DNA of 64,000 nucleotides from an uncultured Anaerotruncus sp. Its GTDB lineage: Bacteria > Bacillota > Clostridia > Oscillospirales > Ruminococcaceae. Of this stretch, positions 8,690-18,146 are shown piece by piece (position 1 is the first letter of the stretch; each line of letters starts with the position of its first letter). The notes beneath the pieces were generated by a model that was not told the DNA's origin, ran no database searches, and was given only the letters and a program-made list of their open reading frames with translations. The translations under genes and the position numbers were made by a program. The DNA lies in the NCBI GenBank assembly GCA_904398655.1, contig CAJFPF010000066.1:14784-78783 (forward strand), read 5' to 3'.

Positions 8690-10061
8690 ACGGGTGCCCC
8701 GGATCTTGGTGGCCGCGCCCTCCAGCGGCAGCGGGAAGACCACTGTGGTCTGTGCCCTTCTGCGGGCATTGGTACTGCGGGGGACGCGAATCTCCTCCTT
8801 TAAATGCGGTCCTGACTACATCGACCCTATGTTTCACCGGGCATGCGTGGGAGTGGATCGAGCCGGGAACCTGGATCTGTTTTTCTCCCCGCCCCAACAG
8901 GTGCGCCGGCTGCTGGCCGAAGGGGCGGGAGGAGCCCGTTTGACAGTGCTGGAGGGGGCGATGGGCCTCTATGACGGCATCGCCTGTACCTCCCGGGCCT
9001 CTGCCTATGAGATGGCCCGGGAGACCGCCACTCCCATCCTCCTGGTGGTGGATGGCCGCGGGATGGCCCTGTCCGCCTGTGCCCAAATCCAGGGGTTTCT
9101 GCGGTTCCGTTCGGATGTGCCCCTGGCAGGCGTGCTGTTCAACCGGGTGTCCCCCTCCCTCTATCCGGAGTTGAAGGCGGCGGTGGAACAGGAGTGTGGC
9201 CTGCCGGTGGTGGGTTATCTGCCCCGCCTGACTGGGGGAACTTTGGAGAGCCGCCATCTGGGGCTGGTGACTGCCGAAGAGGTGACCGACTTGCGCCAGC
9301 GGCTGGACGCCTTGGCAAAACAGGCTCAGGAAACTGTGGATCTGGAGTTGCTCCAGCGGATTGCGGACGGAGCCCCGCCCCTCTCTTATGAGCCGTTGGA
9401 GCTGCCCCGCCTTTCGGGGAATCCCCGGGTCGCAGTGGCCAGGGACCGGGCGTTTTGTTTCTACTATGAGGAAACGCTGGATCTGCTGCGGGATCTGGGA
9501 GCACAGCTCTGCCCTTTCAGCCCCCTAGAGGACCCATCTCTGCCGGATGGAACGAACGCCCTGCTGTTGGGGGGTGGATACCCCGAATTGTATGCCCCTC
9601 AACTGTCGGAAAATCTTCCTATGCGCCGGGAAATCTGCCGAGCAGTGTCGGAAGGGATGCCCACGATTGCGGAGTGTGGAGGATTTCTCTATCTGAATCG
9701 CACCCTTCAGGATCCGGAAGGGCGGGATTACCCCATGGCGGGAGTGTTGGAGGCGGAGGGGATACGGGGACAAAAGCTGGGGCGGTTTGGCTATGTGGAA
9801 CTCACTGCGCAAGAGGAGGGGCTCCTGTGTGAAGTGGGAGAACGGCTGCCCGCCCATGAGTTCCACTACTGGCAGAGTACCCAACCGGGGGAGGACTTTT
9901 GGGCTCAAAAGCCCCTGCGGAAAGCTGGTTGGGCCTGCGGTTATCACACCAGGACCCTCTATGCGGGGTTCCCACATCTTTACCTGCCCGGGACGCCTCG
10001 ATCGGCAGTCCGATTTTTACAGGCGGCGGGTGGAAAACTGGAGGAAAAAAGATGCGGTTAG
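8682..10061 (+). CDS. cbiA: Cobyrinate a,c-diamide synthase CbiA
   Basis: ATG 8682 follows GGGGGTGG. P-loop APSSGSGKTT. A C-terminal glutamine amidotransferase domain with ECGGFLYL. Confidence 0.9.
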   Translation: MVERVPRILVAAPSSGSGKTTVVCALLRALVLRGTRISSFKCGPDYIDPMFHRACVGVDRAGNLDLFFSPPQQVRRLLAEGAGGARLTVLEGAMGLYDGIACTSRASAYEMARETATPILLVVDGRGMALSACAQIQGFLRFRSDVPLAGVLFNRVSPSLYPELKAAVEQECGLPVVGYLPRLTGGTLESRHLGLVTAEEVTDLRQRLDALAKQAQETVDLELLQRIADGAPPLSYEPLELPRLSGNPRVAVARDRAFCFYYEETLDLLRDLGAQLCPFSPLEDPSLPDGTNALLLGGGYPELYAPQLSENLPMRREICRAVSEGMPTIAECGGFLYLNRTLQDPEGRDYPMAGVLEAEGIRGQKLGRFGYVELTAQEEGLLCEVGERLPAHEFHYWQSTQPGEDFWAQKPLRKAGWACGYHTRTLYAGFPHLYLPGTPRSAVRFLQAAGGKLEEKRCG

Positions 10062-11113
10062 ATGATCTGTTGAAATCCATTGTCCCGGCGGATGGGAAGG
10101 CAAAACAACAGGCCCAGCGTCGCTGGGACAGCATTGCCAAGCCCCTGGGCAGCCTGGGACGGCTGGAGGAGGCGGTGGTGCGCATTGCGGGGATGCGGGG
10201 GAATCCCAACTTTTCTTTGGAGCGCCGGGGTTTGGTAATCATGTGCGCCGACAACGGCGTGGTGGCCGAGGGGGTTACCCAGACAGGCCAGGAGGTCACC
10301 GCCACAGTGACAGAAAATTTTACCAAGGGGGCCACTTCGGTCTGCGCCATGGCCCGGGTGGCGAAATGTGACTGGTTCCCGGTAGACATCGGGGTAGCCG
10401 CCAACCTGGGGGGCTGCTCCGGCCTCATCCACCACAAGGTGGCCTGGGGAACCAAAAATCTCCGCTGGGAGCCGGCGATGACCCGGGAACAGGCAAAGGA
10501 GGCCATCTGCTTTGGCGCCCAGCTGGCGCTGGACCTGGGGGAGAAGGGTTACCAACTGCTGGCCACCGGGGAGATGGGAATCGGAAACACCACCACCAGC
10601 AGCGCCATGACGGCGGTGCTGGTGGGCTGCCCGGTGGAGGAAGTCACCGGCCGGGGAGCGGGATTGAGCACCCCAGCGCTGTCCCACAAGGTGGAGGTCA
10701 TCCGCCAGGCCATTGACCTGCACCGCCCGGACCCCCAAGACCCCTTGGACGTGCTCTCCAAGGTGGGGGGGCTGGACATTGCCGGACTGGCGGGGGTGTT
10801 TTTAGGAGCGGCCAGTGCCCGATTGCCGGTATTGGTGGATGGATTTATCTCGGCGGTGGCGGCGCTGACAGCGGTACGCCTCTGTCCGGCGGCCGCGGAT
10901 TATCTGTTGGCCTCCCATATCTCCCAGGAGCCCGCCTCGGCCCTGCTCCTTCAGGAATTGGGGCTCTCCCCTTTGATCTGCGCGGATATGCACCTGGGGG
11001 AGGGTTCGGGGGCGGTGGCCGCCATACCCCTTTTGGATATGGCGGTGGCAGTATATCAGCAGATGTGCACTTTTGCAGAGACTGAAATTGAGGCTTACCA
11101 ACCTTTGAAGTGA
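10052..11113 (+). CDS. cobT: Nicotinate-nucleotide--dimethylbenzimidazole phosphoribosyltransferase CobT
   Basis: ATG 10052 follows GGAGGAAAAAAG. The GEMGIGNTT signature is present. The track ORF from 9899 is an upstream extension that overlaps cbiA. Confidence 0.9.
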   Translation: MRLDDLLKSIVPADGKAKQQAQRRWDSIAKPLGSLGRLEEAVVRIAGMRGNPNFSLERRGLVIMCADNGVVAEGVTQTGQEVTATVTENFTKGATSVCAMARVAKCDWFPVDIGVAANLGGCSGLIHHKVAWGTKNLRWEPAMTREQAKEAICFGAQLALDLGEKGYQLLATGEMGIGNTTTSSAMTAVLVGCPVEEVTGRGAGLSTPALSHKVEVIRQAIDLHRPDPQDPLDVLSKVGGLDIAGLAGVFLGAASARLPVLVDGFISAVAALTAVRLCPAAADYLLASHISQEPASALLLQELGLSPLICADMHLGEGSGAVAAIPLLDMAVAVYQQMCTFAETEIEAYQPLK

Positions 11114-11123
11114 AGGTGAAAGG

Positions 11124-11648
11124 ATGTTCATTCTGGTGACTGGAGGGGCGGCCAGTGGGAAATCCGCCTATGGGGAAAGCCTGTTGGATGGCTGGCGTGG
11201 GCCGAAATACTATGTGGCCACCATGCTGATCCAGGACGAGGAGAGCGTCCAAAGGGTGGCCCGGCATCGAGCTGCCCGGATGGGGAAGGGATTCTTCACC
11301 TTGGAACGGGGGCTGGATTTGGCCGGCCTGCGCCTGCCGGAATTGGGGGCCGGGGTGTTGGTGGAATGCCTCTCCAATCTGGTGGCCAACGAACGGTTTT
11401 CTCCCCACGGGGCGGGTGAAAGGGCGAAAGAGGCTGTTTTAAAGGGGATGGATACCCTGCTGGATCAGGCGCCGTTGGTGGTGGTTGTGACCAACGAGGT
11501 GTTTTCTGATGGCGTCTCCTATGACCCTGACACGCAGGATTATCTGCGGCTGTTGGGGGAGCTCAACACTGCTCTGGCAAAGCGGGCAGACCATGTGGTG
11601 GAAGTGGTCTGCGGATTGCCCGTGTTCCACAAGGGGGGACGGCCATGA
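11124..11648 (+). CDS. cobU: Adenosylcobinamide kinase / adenosylcobinamide-phosphate guanylyltransferase CobU
   Basis: 174 aa. P-loop GGAASGKS at the N-terminus and CobU-like TNEVFSDGV...CGLP at the C-terminus. Confidence 0.9.
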   Translation: MFILVTGGAASGKSAYGESLLDGWRGPKYYVATMLIQDEESVQRVARHRAARMGKGFFTLERGLDLAGLRLPELGAGVLVECLSNLVANERFSPHGAGERAKEAVLKGMDTLLDQAPLVVVVTNEVFSDGVSYDPDTQDYLRLLGELNTALAKRADHVVEVVCGLPVFHKGGRP

Positions 11649-12412
11649 GGCGGGCCTGGGACGCGCTGCTCATCGCCTTTTCCATGTATTCCCGCATCCC
11701 GGTGCCCCAGGCCTCCTGGAGTCAAGGCGGGCTGGCCTATGTATTTTGTTTTTTCCCGTTGGTGGGAGCGGCGGTGGGCGGGGCGGTGTGGGTCTGGCTG
11801 TGGCTGGCCCGGTGTTTGGGCCTGGGGGCGGGATTGACGGCCGCTGTAGCCACCGCCCTGCCGCTATTGCTCACCGGCGGCATCCATCTGGATGGCTTTT
11901 GCGATACCGTGGACGCCCTCTCCTCCCATGGGGACCGGGGAAAAAAGCTGGCCATCCTCAAGGACCCCCACGTGGGGGCGTTTGCGGTGATGGGGTGTGG
12001 GATCTATCTCCTTTTGACCATGGGCCTATGGAGCGAATATCGGTTTTCTCCTCGAGAAACTGCCGCCTTGGCCTTGGGGTTTGTGTTTTCCCGCTCCCTC
12101 AGCGGCCTTTCGGTGGTTGCCTTTCCCAAGGCGCGCCAGGAGGGCTTGGCCTCCACCTTTTCCAAGGCATCCGACCGGCATGTGGCGGCGGTTCTGTTGG
12201 GGTGGGCGGCTTTGTGCGCATTGGCCATGTTGGGGGCACATTTGGCGGTGGGGTGCGTCTGTATCGGGGTGGCCTTGGCTGTCTTTTTTTACTATCGAAG
12301 GATGTCTTACCGGCAGTTTGGCGGTGTCACAGGGGATTTGGCGGGCTGGTTTTTACAGCTCTGCGAGTTGGGGATGCTGCTGGCGGCCGTCTGCCTGGAG
12401 GTGTGGAAATGA
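11645..12412 (+). CDS. cobS: Adenosylcobinamide-GDP ribazoletransferase (cobalamin synthase) CobS
   Basis: 255-aa polytopic membrane protein starting FSMYSRIPVP, with HLDGFCDTVDAL. Both are CobS hallmarks. Confidence 0.9.
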   Translation: MRRAWDALLIAFSMYSRIPVPQASWSQGGLAYVFCFFPLVGAAVGGAVWVWLWLARCLGLGAGLTAAVATALPLLLTGGIHLDGFCDTVDALSSHGDRGKKLAILKDPHVGAFAVMGCGIYLLLTMGLWSEYRFSPRETAALALGFVFSRSLSGLSVVAFPKARQEGLASTFSKASDRHVAAVLLGWAALCALAMLGAHLAVGCVCIGVALAVFFYYRRMSYRQFGGVTGDLAGWFLQLCELGMLLAAVCLEVWK

Positions 12413-12795
12413 TTCTATATGTGGGAGGAAGGGCCCAGGGAAAATTGGAACTGGCCCTGCGGGAACAAGGGCTGGACAACGCGCAGGTATGGGATGGAGC
12501 GGTCTGTCCTCTGGAGGGGTTCCCGGAGGCGCCGGTGCTGAACCACCTGCACCTGCTGATCCGCCGGCTGATGCAGGCGGGGATCGACCCGGCGGGCTAT
12601 CTGGAGGAATTGGAGGCCCATCGCCCAGAGCTGGTGGTGATCTGCGATGAGGTGGGATATGGGGTGGTCCCCATGGAGCCGTTTGAGCGTCAGTGGAGGG
12701 AGGCTGTGGGCCGGGGCTGTTGCGCTCTGGCCGCCCACAGCTGGCGGGTGGTGCGTGTGGTGGCTGGCTTGCCCCAGGTGCTCAAGGAGGTCTGA
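12409..12795 (+). CDS. Truncated or degenerate CobU paralogue (128 aa)
   Basis: The ATG at 12409 overlaps the cobS TGA (ATGA). MILYVGGRAQGKL aligns with MFILVTGGAASGKS of CobU. LVVICDEVGYGVVP...VVAGLPQVLKE aligns with LVVVVTNEVFSDGVS...VVCGLPVFHKG. It forms the last 128 codons of track ORF 11509..12795. Confidence 0.6.
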   Translation: MILYVGGRAQGKLELALREQGLDNAQVWDGAVCPLEGFPEAPVLNHLHLLIRRLMQAGIDPAGYLEELEAHRPELVVICDEVGYGVVPMEPFERQWREAVGRGCCALAAHSWRVVRVVAGLPQVLKEV

Positions 12796-12796
12796 C

Positions 12797-13387
12797 ATGC
12801 AAGTGTACCTCCTCCGCCACGGCAAAACCCAGGGCAACTTGGAGGGCCGCTATGTGGGACGCACGGATGAACCCCTGTCCCCGCAAGGGGAGCAGGAGCT
12901 GCTCCGCCGGGATTATCCCCCAGTGGAGCGGCTATATGCCAGCCCCATGCGCCGTTGCCTCCAGTCCGCTCAATTGGCCTACCCCCAAATGCATCCAATC
13001 CTGTTGGAGGGACTCCGGGAGACGGATTTTGGAAGGTTTGAATACCAAACCTATGACCAATTGCGGGATTGCCCGGCCTACCGGGCCTGGATTGACAGCG
13101 GCGGAAAACAGGCGCCTTTGGGTGGGGAGCCACCAGAATTGTTTCGCCGCCGGTGTCTGGGGGCGTTTTTGGCCGCTCTGGAGTGCTGTAAGGCGGAGCG
13201 GATAGCGCGGGTGGCGTTTTTGACCCACGGCGGCGTGTTGATGACGCTTTTGGAAGCCCTATCCGATCCATCACAGCCCTTTTACCACTGGCAGGTGGAG
13301 AATGGAGGCGGCTGGTCCGCCCAAGTGGATTGGCGGTTGGAAGATCCATTGCCGGTCCGTCTGATCGATTATCGAAAATTGGAGTGA
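12797..13387 (+). CDS. cobC: Alpha-ribazole phosphatase CobC (histidine phosphatase family)
   Basis: The internal ATG at 12797 gives MQVYLLRHGKTQGNLEGRYVGRTDEPLS, which carries the RHG motif. Genomic context supports the call. Confidence 0.8.
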   Translation: MQVYLLRHGKTQGNLEGRYVGRTDEPLSPQGEQELLRRDYPPVERLYASPMRRCLQSAQLAYPQMHPILLEGLRETDFGRFEYQTYDQLRDCPAYRAWIDSGGKQAPLGGEPPELFRRRCLGAFLAALECCKAERIARVAFLTHGGVLMTLLEALSDPSQPFYHWQVENGGGWSAQVDWRLEDPLPVRLIDYRKLE

Positions 13388-14362
13388 ATGGTCACAATGA
13401 GGACACTGTTGGCGGTCGGTTTGGGCTGCCTTTTGGATCTGTTGTTGGGGGACCCTCTCTGGATGCCCCATCCAGTCCGTTGGATAGGCCGCTGGATCGC
13501 CTGGATGGAGCAGGTGCTACGCCGCCGTTTCCCGGATACCTCCGAGGGCTTGCGGATGGCGGGAGGCTTTTTGGCAGTGGGGACTGTGCTGCCGGCAGGG
13601 CTGGTCTGTTGGGGGGCGCTGCTCCTGGCGGATGGGATCCACCCCCTGGCGGGGCTACTGCTGGAAGCTTGGATCTGCTGCCAATGCCTGGCGGCCCGGT
13701 CCCTGGGGCGGGAGGCGCAAAACGTCCTCTCTGCCCTAAAGTACAGAGGGCTTTTGGCGGCGCGGCAGGCGGTGGCCCGGATTGTGGGACGGGATACTCA
13801 AAATCTGGATGAGGCAGGGGTGATCCGCGCCGCAGTAGAGACAGTGGCAGAGAACACCTCCGATGGGGTGGTGGCCCCTCTTTTCTGGCTGATGGTGGGG
13901 GGTGCACCTTTGGGGCTCTGTTACAAGGCAGTGAACACCTTGGATTCGATGGTGGGCTACCGCAACGAGCGGTATTTGGACTTTGGAAGATGCTCCGCCC
14001 GGCTGGATGACCTGGCCAATTGGATTCCCGCCCGCCTGTCCGCCCTATTCATGATCCTGGCGGCCTTTTTGTTGGGACAGGATGGAAAGGGGGCGGCCGC
14101 TGTCTGGCGCCGGGACCGGCGTAAACATCCCAGCCCCAACAGCGCTCAGACCGAATCGGCCTGCGCTGGCGCGTTGGGGGTACAGTTGGCAGGCCCCTCC
14201 TACTATGGGGGGATACTCCACCAAAAGCCCACTCTAGGGGACCCTTGCCGCCCCATCCAACCGGAGGATATCCGGCTGGCAGTGCGGCTCATGTGGGGGA
14301 CCGCCCTGTTGGCACTAGCAGCATTCGCCGGAGTACGTCTGTTGTGGATTTGGATGGTTTAA
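13388..14362 (+). CDS. cbiB: Adenosylcobinamide-phosphate synthase CbiB
   Basis: 324-aa membrane protein. DPLWMPHPVRWIGRWI at the N-terminus is typical of CbiB/CobD. Confidence 0.9.
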   Translation: MVTMRTLLAVGLGCLLDLLLGDPLWMPHPVRWIGRWIAWMEQVLRRRFPDTSEGLRMAGGFLAVGTVLPAGLVCWGALLLADGIHPLAGLLLEAWICCQCLAARSLGREAQNVLSALKYRGLLAARQAVARIVGRDTQNLDEAGVIRAAVETVAENTSDGVVAPLFWLMVGGAPLGLCYKAVNTLDSMVGYRNERYLDFGRCSARLDDLANWIPARLSALFMILAAFLLGQDGKGAAAVWRRDRRKHPSPNSAQTESACAGALGVQLAGPSYYGGILHQKPTLGDPCRPIQPEDIRLAVRLMWGTALLALAAFAGVRLLWIWMV

Positions 14363-14376
14363 AGGAGGATTGGGAA

Positions 14377-15432
14377 ATGGAACCCAGAGAGCACGGGGGA
14401 AATCCCAAGGGGCTTAGCGGGATGCTGGATTTTTCTGCGAATGTGAATCCTCTAGGATTGCCACCAAAGGCAAGGGAAGCCCTGCTGGATTCTTTGGACG
14501 GCTGGCACGCCTACCCGGACCCCTATGCTCAGGCCTTGACGACGGCGCTGGCGGAGATCGAGCAGGTGCCCGCTCCGTGGATTCAGCTGGGGCCGGGAGC
14601 GGCAGACCTGATCTTCCGGGTGGCGCTGGGGCTACGGCCCAGGAGGGCATTGACGCTGGCGCCTACCTTCTCCGAATACGGAGCGGCGCTCACCGCCGCC
14701 GGTTGTCAGATGGACTACCATCTGTTATTGGCGGAACAGAGGTTTGCCCTGGATGACTCCATTTTGGAGCGGTTGGATGGCTCATTTGACCTGGTGGTCC
14801 TCTGCAACCCCAACAATCCCACCGGCCAGACGGCGGAACCGGAGCTGCTGCGCCGGATTTTGGCCCGTTGCCAGGAGCAGAGGGCCCTGCTGTTGGTAGA
14901 TGAGTGCTTCAACCCATTTTTGGATTTCCCAGAGCAACACACCTTAAAGCCCCTGTTGGGGGAGTACCCCAACCTGCTGCTTCTCAAGGCATTCACAAAG
15001 CTCTACGCAATGGCAGGGCTGCGTCTGGGATATCTGCTCTGTGCAGACGGAAGAATTTTGCGCCGGTTGCAGGAAGTTTCTCCCAGTTGGAGCGTCTCCA
15101 CTCCTGCCCAGGTTGCGGGACTGGCGGCTTTATCCGACCAGGACTACCTGGAACGGACCCGGTCGCTGATCCCAAGGGAGCGCCGATGGCTGAGGGAGGG
15201 CCTGGAGCACCTGGGCTTACAGGTGCTGGGCGGGGAGGCCAACTACTTGTTTTTTCGGTGCGAACAACCCCAACCCCTGGCCCCCAGGACCCAGCGCCAT
15301 GGGGTATTGATCCGCAGCTGTGAGAATTATCCGGGTCTGGATGCCCACTACAACCGGGTAGCTGTCCGTACCCGGTCGGAAAATGAACGGCTGCTCCAGG
15401 TTTTGGAGCAGTCTCTGAGGGAGGAAATCTGA
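14377..15432 (+). CDS. cobD: L-threonine-O-3-phosphate decarboxylase CobD (class I/II aminotransferase fold)
   Basis: ATG 14377 follows AAAGGAGG. The protein has HGGN, LDFSANVNPLG, NPNNPTG and KAFTKLYAMAGLRLGY (PLP lysine region). Confidence 0.85.
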   Translation: MEPREHGGNPKGLSGMLDFSANVNPLGLPPKAREALLDSLDGWHAYPDPYAQALTTALAEIEQVPAPWIQLGPGAADLIFRVALGLRPRRALTLAPTFSEYGAALTAAGCQMDYHLLLAEQRFALDDSILERLDGSFDLVVLCNPNNPTGQTAEPELLRRILARCQEQRALLLVDECFNPFLDFPEQHTLKPLLGEYPNLLLLKAFTKLYAMAGLRLGYLLCADGRILRRLQEVSPSWSVSTPAQVAGLAALSDQDYLERTRSLIPRERRWLREGLEHLGLQVLGGEANYLFFRCEQPQPLAPRTQRHGVLIRSCENYPGLDAHYNRVAVRTRSENERLLQVLEQSLREEI

Positions 15433-16928
15433 TGGCCAAAGGGATCATGGTGCAGGGGACCTGCTCCAATGCGGGGAAGAGCTTTTTGGTGGCCGCGCTC
15501 TGCCGGATCTTTCGCCAGGATGGTTACCGGGTGGCCCCCTTTAAAGCGCAAAATATGGCCCTCAACTCGTTCATCACTGCTGAAGGCTTGGAGATGGGCA
15601 GAGCCCAGGTGATGCAGGCGGAGGCGGCGGGGGTGGAACCGTCGGTACTCATGAACCCCATCCTGCTCAAACCCTCCAGCGACACCGGCTCCCAGGTGAT
15701 TGTCAACGGGGAGGTGGTGGGGCAGATGCCCGCCTCTGAATATTTTCGCCGGAAAGGGGAGCTGGTGCCCCAAGTGATGGAGGCTTACCAAGCCCTCTCC
15801 CAACAGTATGACATCCTGGTGCTGGAAGGGGCGGGCAGTCCGGCGGAGATCAATCTGAAATCGGAAGATATTGTGAATATGGGCATGGCCGCCCGGGCGA
15901 AGGCCCCGGTGCTTCTCTGTGGGGACATCGACCGGGGTGGGGTATTCGCCTCCCTGGCAGGCACTATGCTGCTTTTGGAGCCCTGGGAGCGGGCAATGGT
16001 GAAAGGGATTGTCATCAACAAGTTCCGGGGGGATGTGGAGATCCTGCGGCCGGGTGTCCGGCAGTTGGAGGAGCTGGTGCGCCGGCCGGTAGTAGGGGTG
16101 ATCCCCTGGATGCAGGTGGATCTGGATGATGAGGACAGCCTCTCCCAGCGCCTGGATGCCGAACGGGCTCCAGGCGTGTTGGAGATCGCGGTGATCCGCT
16201 TGCCCCGGCTCTCCAACTTCACCGACTTCAATCCCCTGGAGCGCGTAGAGGGGGTACACCTGCGCTATGTGTCCCAACTGCGGGAGTTGGGCGCGCCCGA
16301 CCTGGTGATCCTTCCGGGGACAAAAAACACCATGGGGGACCTGCTTTGGCTGCGCCAGAGCGGCTTGGAGGCCGCCATTCAAAAATATGCCTCCAATGGA
16401 GGGCTGGTCTTGGGGATTTGCGGTGGGTATCAGATGCTGGGACGCCTGCTCCGGGACCCTCAGGGGGTGGAGCATGGCGGGACGCTGGCGGGAATGGGCT
16501 TGTTGCCGGTGGAGACGGTCTTTGTCCCCCAAAAGACCCGTACCCGTACCACTGGCCGGTTTTTGCCTCTAGAAGGCCCCTTTGCCCCTCTGGGGGGCGT
16601 GCTCTTGGAGGGATATGAGATCCACATGGGGCGGACGGATTCTGATACACCGGCGGTGATGCTGGAGCCTCAAGGGGGGATGCCCCATCCGGATGGGGCG
16701 GTGGCCGGCAATGTGTTGGGCACCTATGTCCATGGGCTGTTTGACCGTACGGAGGTGGTGGAGGGATTGTTACAGGTACTCTGCCAGCAAAAAGGAATTT
16801 CATGGGAGGCGCTGTGCCCTCAGGATCTAGATATCTATAAACAGGAACAATACGACAAACTGGCGGATGGGGTCCGCCAAAGCTTGGATATGGAGCAGAT
16901 CTACCGGATTTTGGAGCAAGGAGTGTGA
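15432..16928 (+). CDS. cobQ: Cobyric acid synthase CobQ/CbiP
   Basis: 498 aa. N-terminal GTCSNAGKS P-loop and a C-terminal amidotransferase domain with GICGGYQMLG. Confidence 0.9.
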   Translation: MAKGIMVQGTCSNAGKSFLVAALCRIFRQDGYRVAPFKAQNMALNSFITAEGLEMGRAQVMQAEAAGVEPSVLMNPILLKPSSDTGSQVIVNGEVVGQMPASEYFRRKGELVPQVMEAYQALSQQYDILVLEGAGSPAEINLKSEDIVNMGMAARAKAPVLLCGDIDRGGVFASLAGTMLLLEPWERAMVKGIVINKFRGDVEILRPGVRQLEELVRRPVVGVIPWMQVDLDDEDSLSQRLDAERAPGVLEIAVIRLPRLSNFTDFNPLERVEGVHLRYVSQLRELGAPDLVILPGTKNTMGDLLWLRQSGLEAAIQKYASNGGLVLGICGGYQMLGRLLRDPQGVEHGGTLAGMGLLPVETVFVPQKTRTRTTGRFLPLEGPFAPLGGVLLEGYEIHMGRTDSDTPAVMLEPQGGMPHPDGAVAGNVLGTYVHGLFDRTEVVEGLLQVLCQQKGISWEALCPQDLDIYKQEQYDKLADGVRQSLDMEQIYRILEQGV

Positions 16929-16931
16929 GCG

Positions 16932-17447
16932 ATGGTACAGGTCTATTGTGGAGACGGGAAGGGGAAAACCACTGCGGCTTTGGGGCTGGCTCTGCGGGCG
17001 GCAGGTCATGGCCGCCAGGTGCTGTTGGTGCAGTTTTTGAAGGGGCAGCCCACCGGGGAGCTGGCCAGCCTGGCGCGGATCCCAGAGGTCACAGTGCTGC
17101 GGGGAAAGGCCAGCGAGAAGTTTACCTTCCAGATGGATGAACGGGAGCTTCAGCGGACCTATGACCTCAACACCAAAAATCTGCTCACTGCCCAGGAGCA
17201 GGTGAGAGCAAAAACTTGCGATTTGCTTATTTTGGATGAGATTTTCGGGGCCCTCTCCTGTGAGTTGGTGGATGAGGATCTGTTGCGCCACCTGTTGGAG
17301 GGGTTGCCGGAGGGGGTGGAATTGGTGATGACCGGCCGCAATTCGCCCCAGTGGGTATTGGAACAGGCGGACTATATTACCGAGATGGTATGCCGGCGGC
17401 ATCCCTATGAGCGGGGGATCTCTGCCAGGGAGGGGATTGAGTTTTGA
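16932..17447 (+). CDS. cobO: Cob(I)yrinic acid a,c-diamide adenosyltransferase (CobO/CobA/BtuR type)
   Basis: 171 aa, with YCGDGKGKTTAALGLALRAAGHG and LDEI. Confidence 0.85.
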   Translation: MVQVYCGDGKGKTTAALGLALRAAGHGRQVLLVQFLKGQPTGELASLARIPEVTVLRGKASEKFTFQMDERELQRTYDLNTKNLLTAQEQVRAKTCDLLILDEIFGALSCELVDEDLLRHLLEGLPEGVELVMTGRNSPQWVLEQADYITEMVCRRHPYERGISAREGIEF

Positions 17448-18085
17448 AGGTGCAGTTGGAGAGAATGCTTCCCCAGGAGATCGAACGGAGGAGTATGGAG
17501 TTGATTCAGGAGGAGCTGGACCGCAGGGGCCTGGCCATCCCTCCTGCGCTAGCTCCTGTGGTCAAACGGGTGATCCATACAACGGCGGACTTTGACTATG
17601 CGGAGAACCTGGTATTCTCCTCCCAGGCGGTGGAGCTGGGACAGAAGGCTCTGCAGATGGGCGCCGCAGTGGTTACCGACACCCAGATGGCCCGGTCGGG
17701 CATCAACAAAAAAGCCCTTGCCCGGTTTGGCGGGGAGGCGCTCTGCTTTATGTCCGATCCGGATGTGGCCCAGCAGGCTGTTCAGGCGGGGACTACCCGG
17801 GCGGTAGCCAGCATGGAGAAGGCGGCCAAAGTCCTGGCCAGCCGGCCGGCGATCTTTGCCATCGGCAACGCGCCCACGGCCCTGGCGCGGCTATACGAGT
17901 TGGCGACAGAAGGAGTACTCCGCCCGGCCCTGGTGATCGGCGTACCGGTGGGGTTTGTGAATGTGGTGGAGGCTAAGGAACTGTTTTTGCAGCTGGACGT
18001 TCCCTACATCATTGCCAGAGGGCGCAAGGGCGGGAGCAATGTGGCTGCCGCCATTGTGAACGCGTTGCTATATTCCATAAAATGA
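17444..18085 (+). CDS. cbiC: Cobalt-precorrin-8 methylmutase CbiC
   Basis: 213 aa, with EIERRSMELI, IHTTADFD and GNAPTAL. The TTG start overlaps the cobO stop. ATG 17465 is an alternative start. Confidence 0.9.
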   Translation: MKVQLERMLPQEIERRSMELIQEELDRRGLAIPPALAPVVKRVIHTTADFDYAENLVFSSQAVELGQKALQMGAAVVTDTQMARSGINKKALARFGGEALCFMSDPDVAQQAVQAGTTRAVASMEKAAKVLASRPAIFAIGNAPTALARLYELATEGVLRPALVIGVPVGFVNVVEAKELFLQLDVPYIIARGRKGGSNVAAAIVNALLYSIK

Positions 18086-18115
18086 GGATAACAAAATAGT
18101 GGCAAAAAGATTTTT

Positions 18116-18146
18116 AACACGGTGGTTTTCACCGTGTTCTTTTTTA
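18116..18146 (+). terminator. Rho-independent terminator ending the cobamide operon
   Basis: Stem AACACGGTG (18116-18124) / CACCGTGTT (18130-18138), loop GTTTT, followed by CTTTTTTAT. Confidence 0.8.

Noticed and set aside
11509-12408. The N-terminal 300 codons of the 428-aa track ORF 11509..12795.
   Set aside because: This part runs in an alternative frame across the end of cobU and all of cobS, and it is rich in Gly, Arg and Pro. Only the last 128 codons, from ATG 12409 (coupled to the cobS stop), resemble a real protein (the CobU-like ORF).
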